A stretch of 64,000 nucleotides of DNA from Bilabrum cf. latius. Taxonomy: Eukaryota. Location of the stretch: assembly GCA_965178125.1 (NCBI GenBank), contig OZ237765.1, positions 248,001-312,000 on the forward strand, given 5' to 3'. Of the stretch, positions 63,912 to 64,000 are shown one piece after another (position 1 is the stretch's first letter; each line of letters begins with the position of its first letter). The position numbers were made by a program, and so were the translations under genes. The notes under the pieces were generated by a model. That model saw only the letters and a list, made by a program, of their open reading frames with translations, had not been told where the DNA came from and did no database searches.

Positions 63912-64000
63912 CTGCGAGAGAGGGGCAATAGGGATTAAAAGCGGTAGGATTGCATGTCTCAAGCTCGATCAGACACAGCCTAACTAGCGCCGCGCAATGG

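Noticed and set aside
1-64000. tRNA-Gln(CUA), rRNA or spliceosomal snRNA genes
   Set aside because: I could not identify a cloverleaf or conserved rRNA/snRNA signature by eye; the suppressor tRNA presumably lies elsewhere.

Overview
This is gene-dense, GC-rich eukaryotic nuclear DNA from an intron-poor protist-like organism. It has short GT-AG introns (donor GTGAG(N) or GTAAGC, acceptor GCAG), eukaryotic eL21, NudC and ABCA genes, and a DAP-pathway lysA. The ORF track is fragmented because the genome does not use the standard code. About 70 in-frame TAG codons (manual count) interrupt 17 of the 19 main genes. They fall at conserved Gln positions and inside Gln-containing repeats, and one lies opposite CAG in a tandem paralogue. 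Genes end only at TGA (17) or TAA (2), so UAG=Gln while UAA remains a stop, which is a rare decoupling. Re-translation gives 19 genes: prominin-like membrane protein, a ~2980-aa cNMP-binding protein, DUF4485 protein, GH59, LRR/ankyrin-like protein, QRT3-like beta-helix protein, PhyH, PH-domain protein, ZIP transporter, ABCA, RCC1-like protein, a putative mitochondrial protein, NudC, eL21, two tandem paralogous membrane proteins, a secreted GH-like protein, LysA with a C-terminal TM, and GH3. A second hidden layer is three short motifs (GTGTGACGAGTG, CCAGGGAACAA, GATCGGATC) that are strongly over-represented, mostly inside coding sequence, on both strands and in several reading frames. An AT-rich 1.8-kb element with perfect 31-bp terminal inverted repeats carries the first motif in its subterminal repeats. 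All counts are by eye, and family calls come from motif recall rather than database searches.
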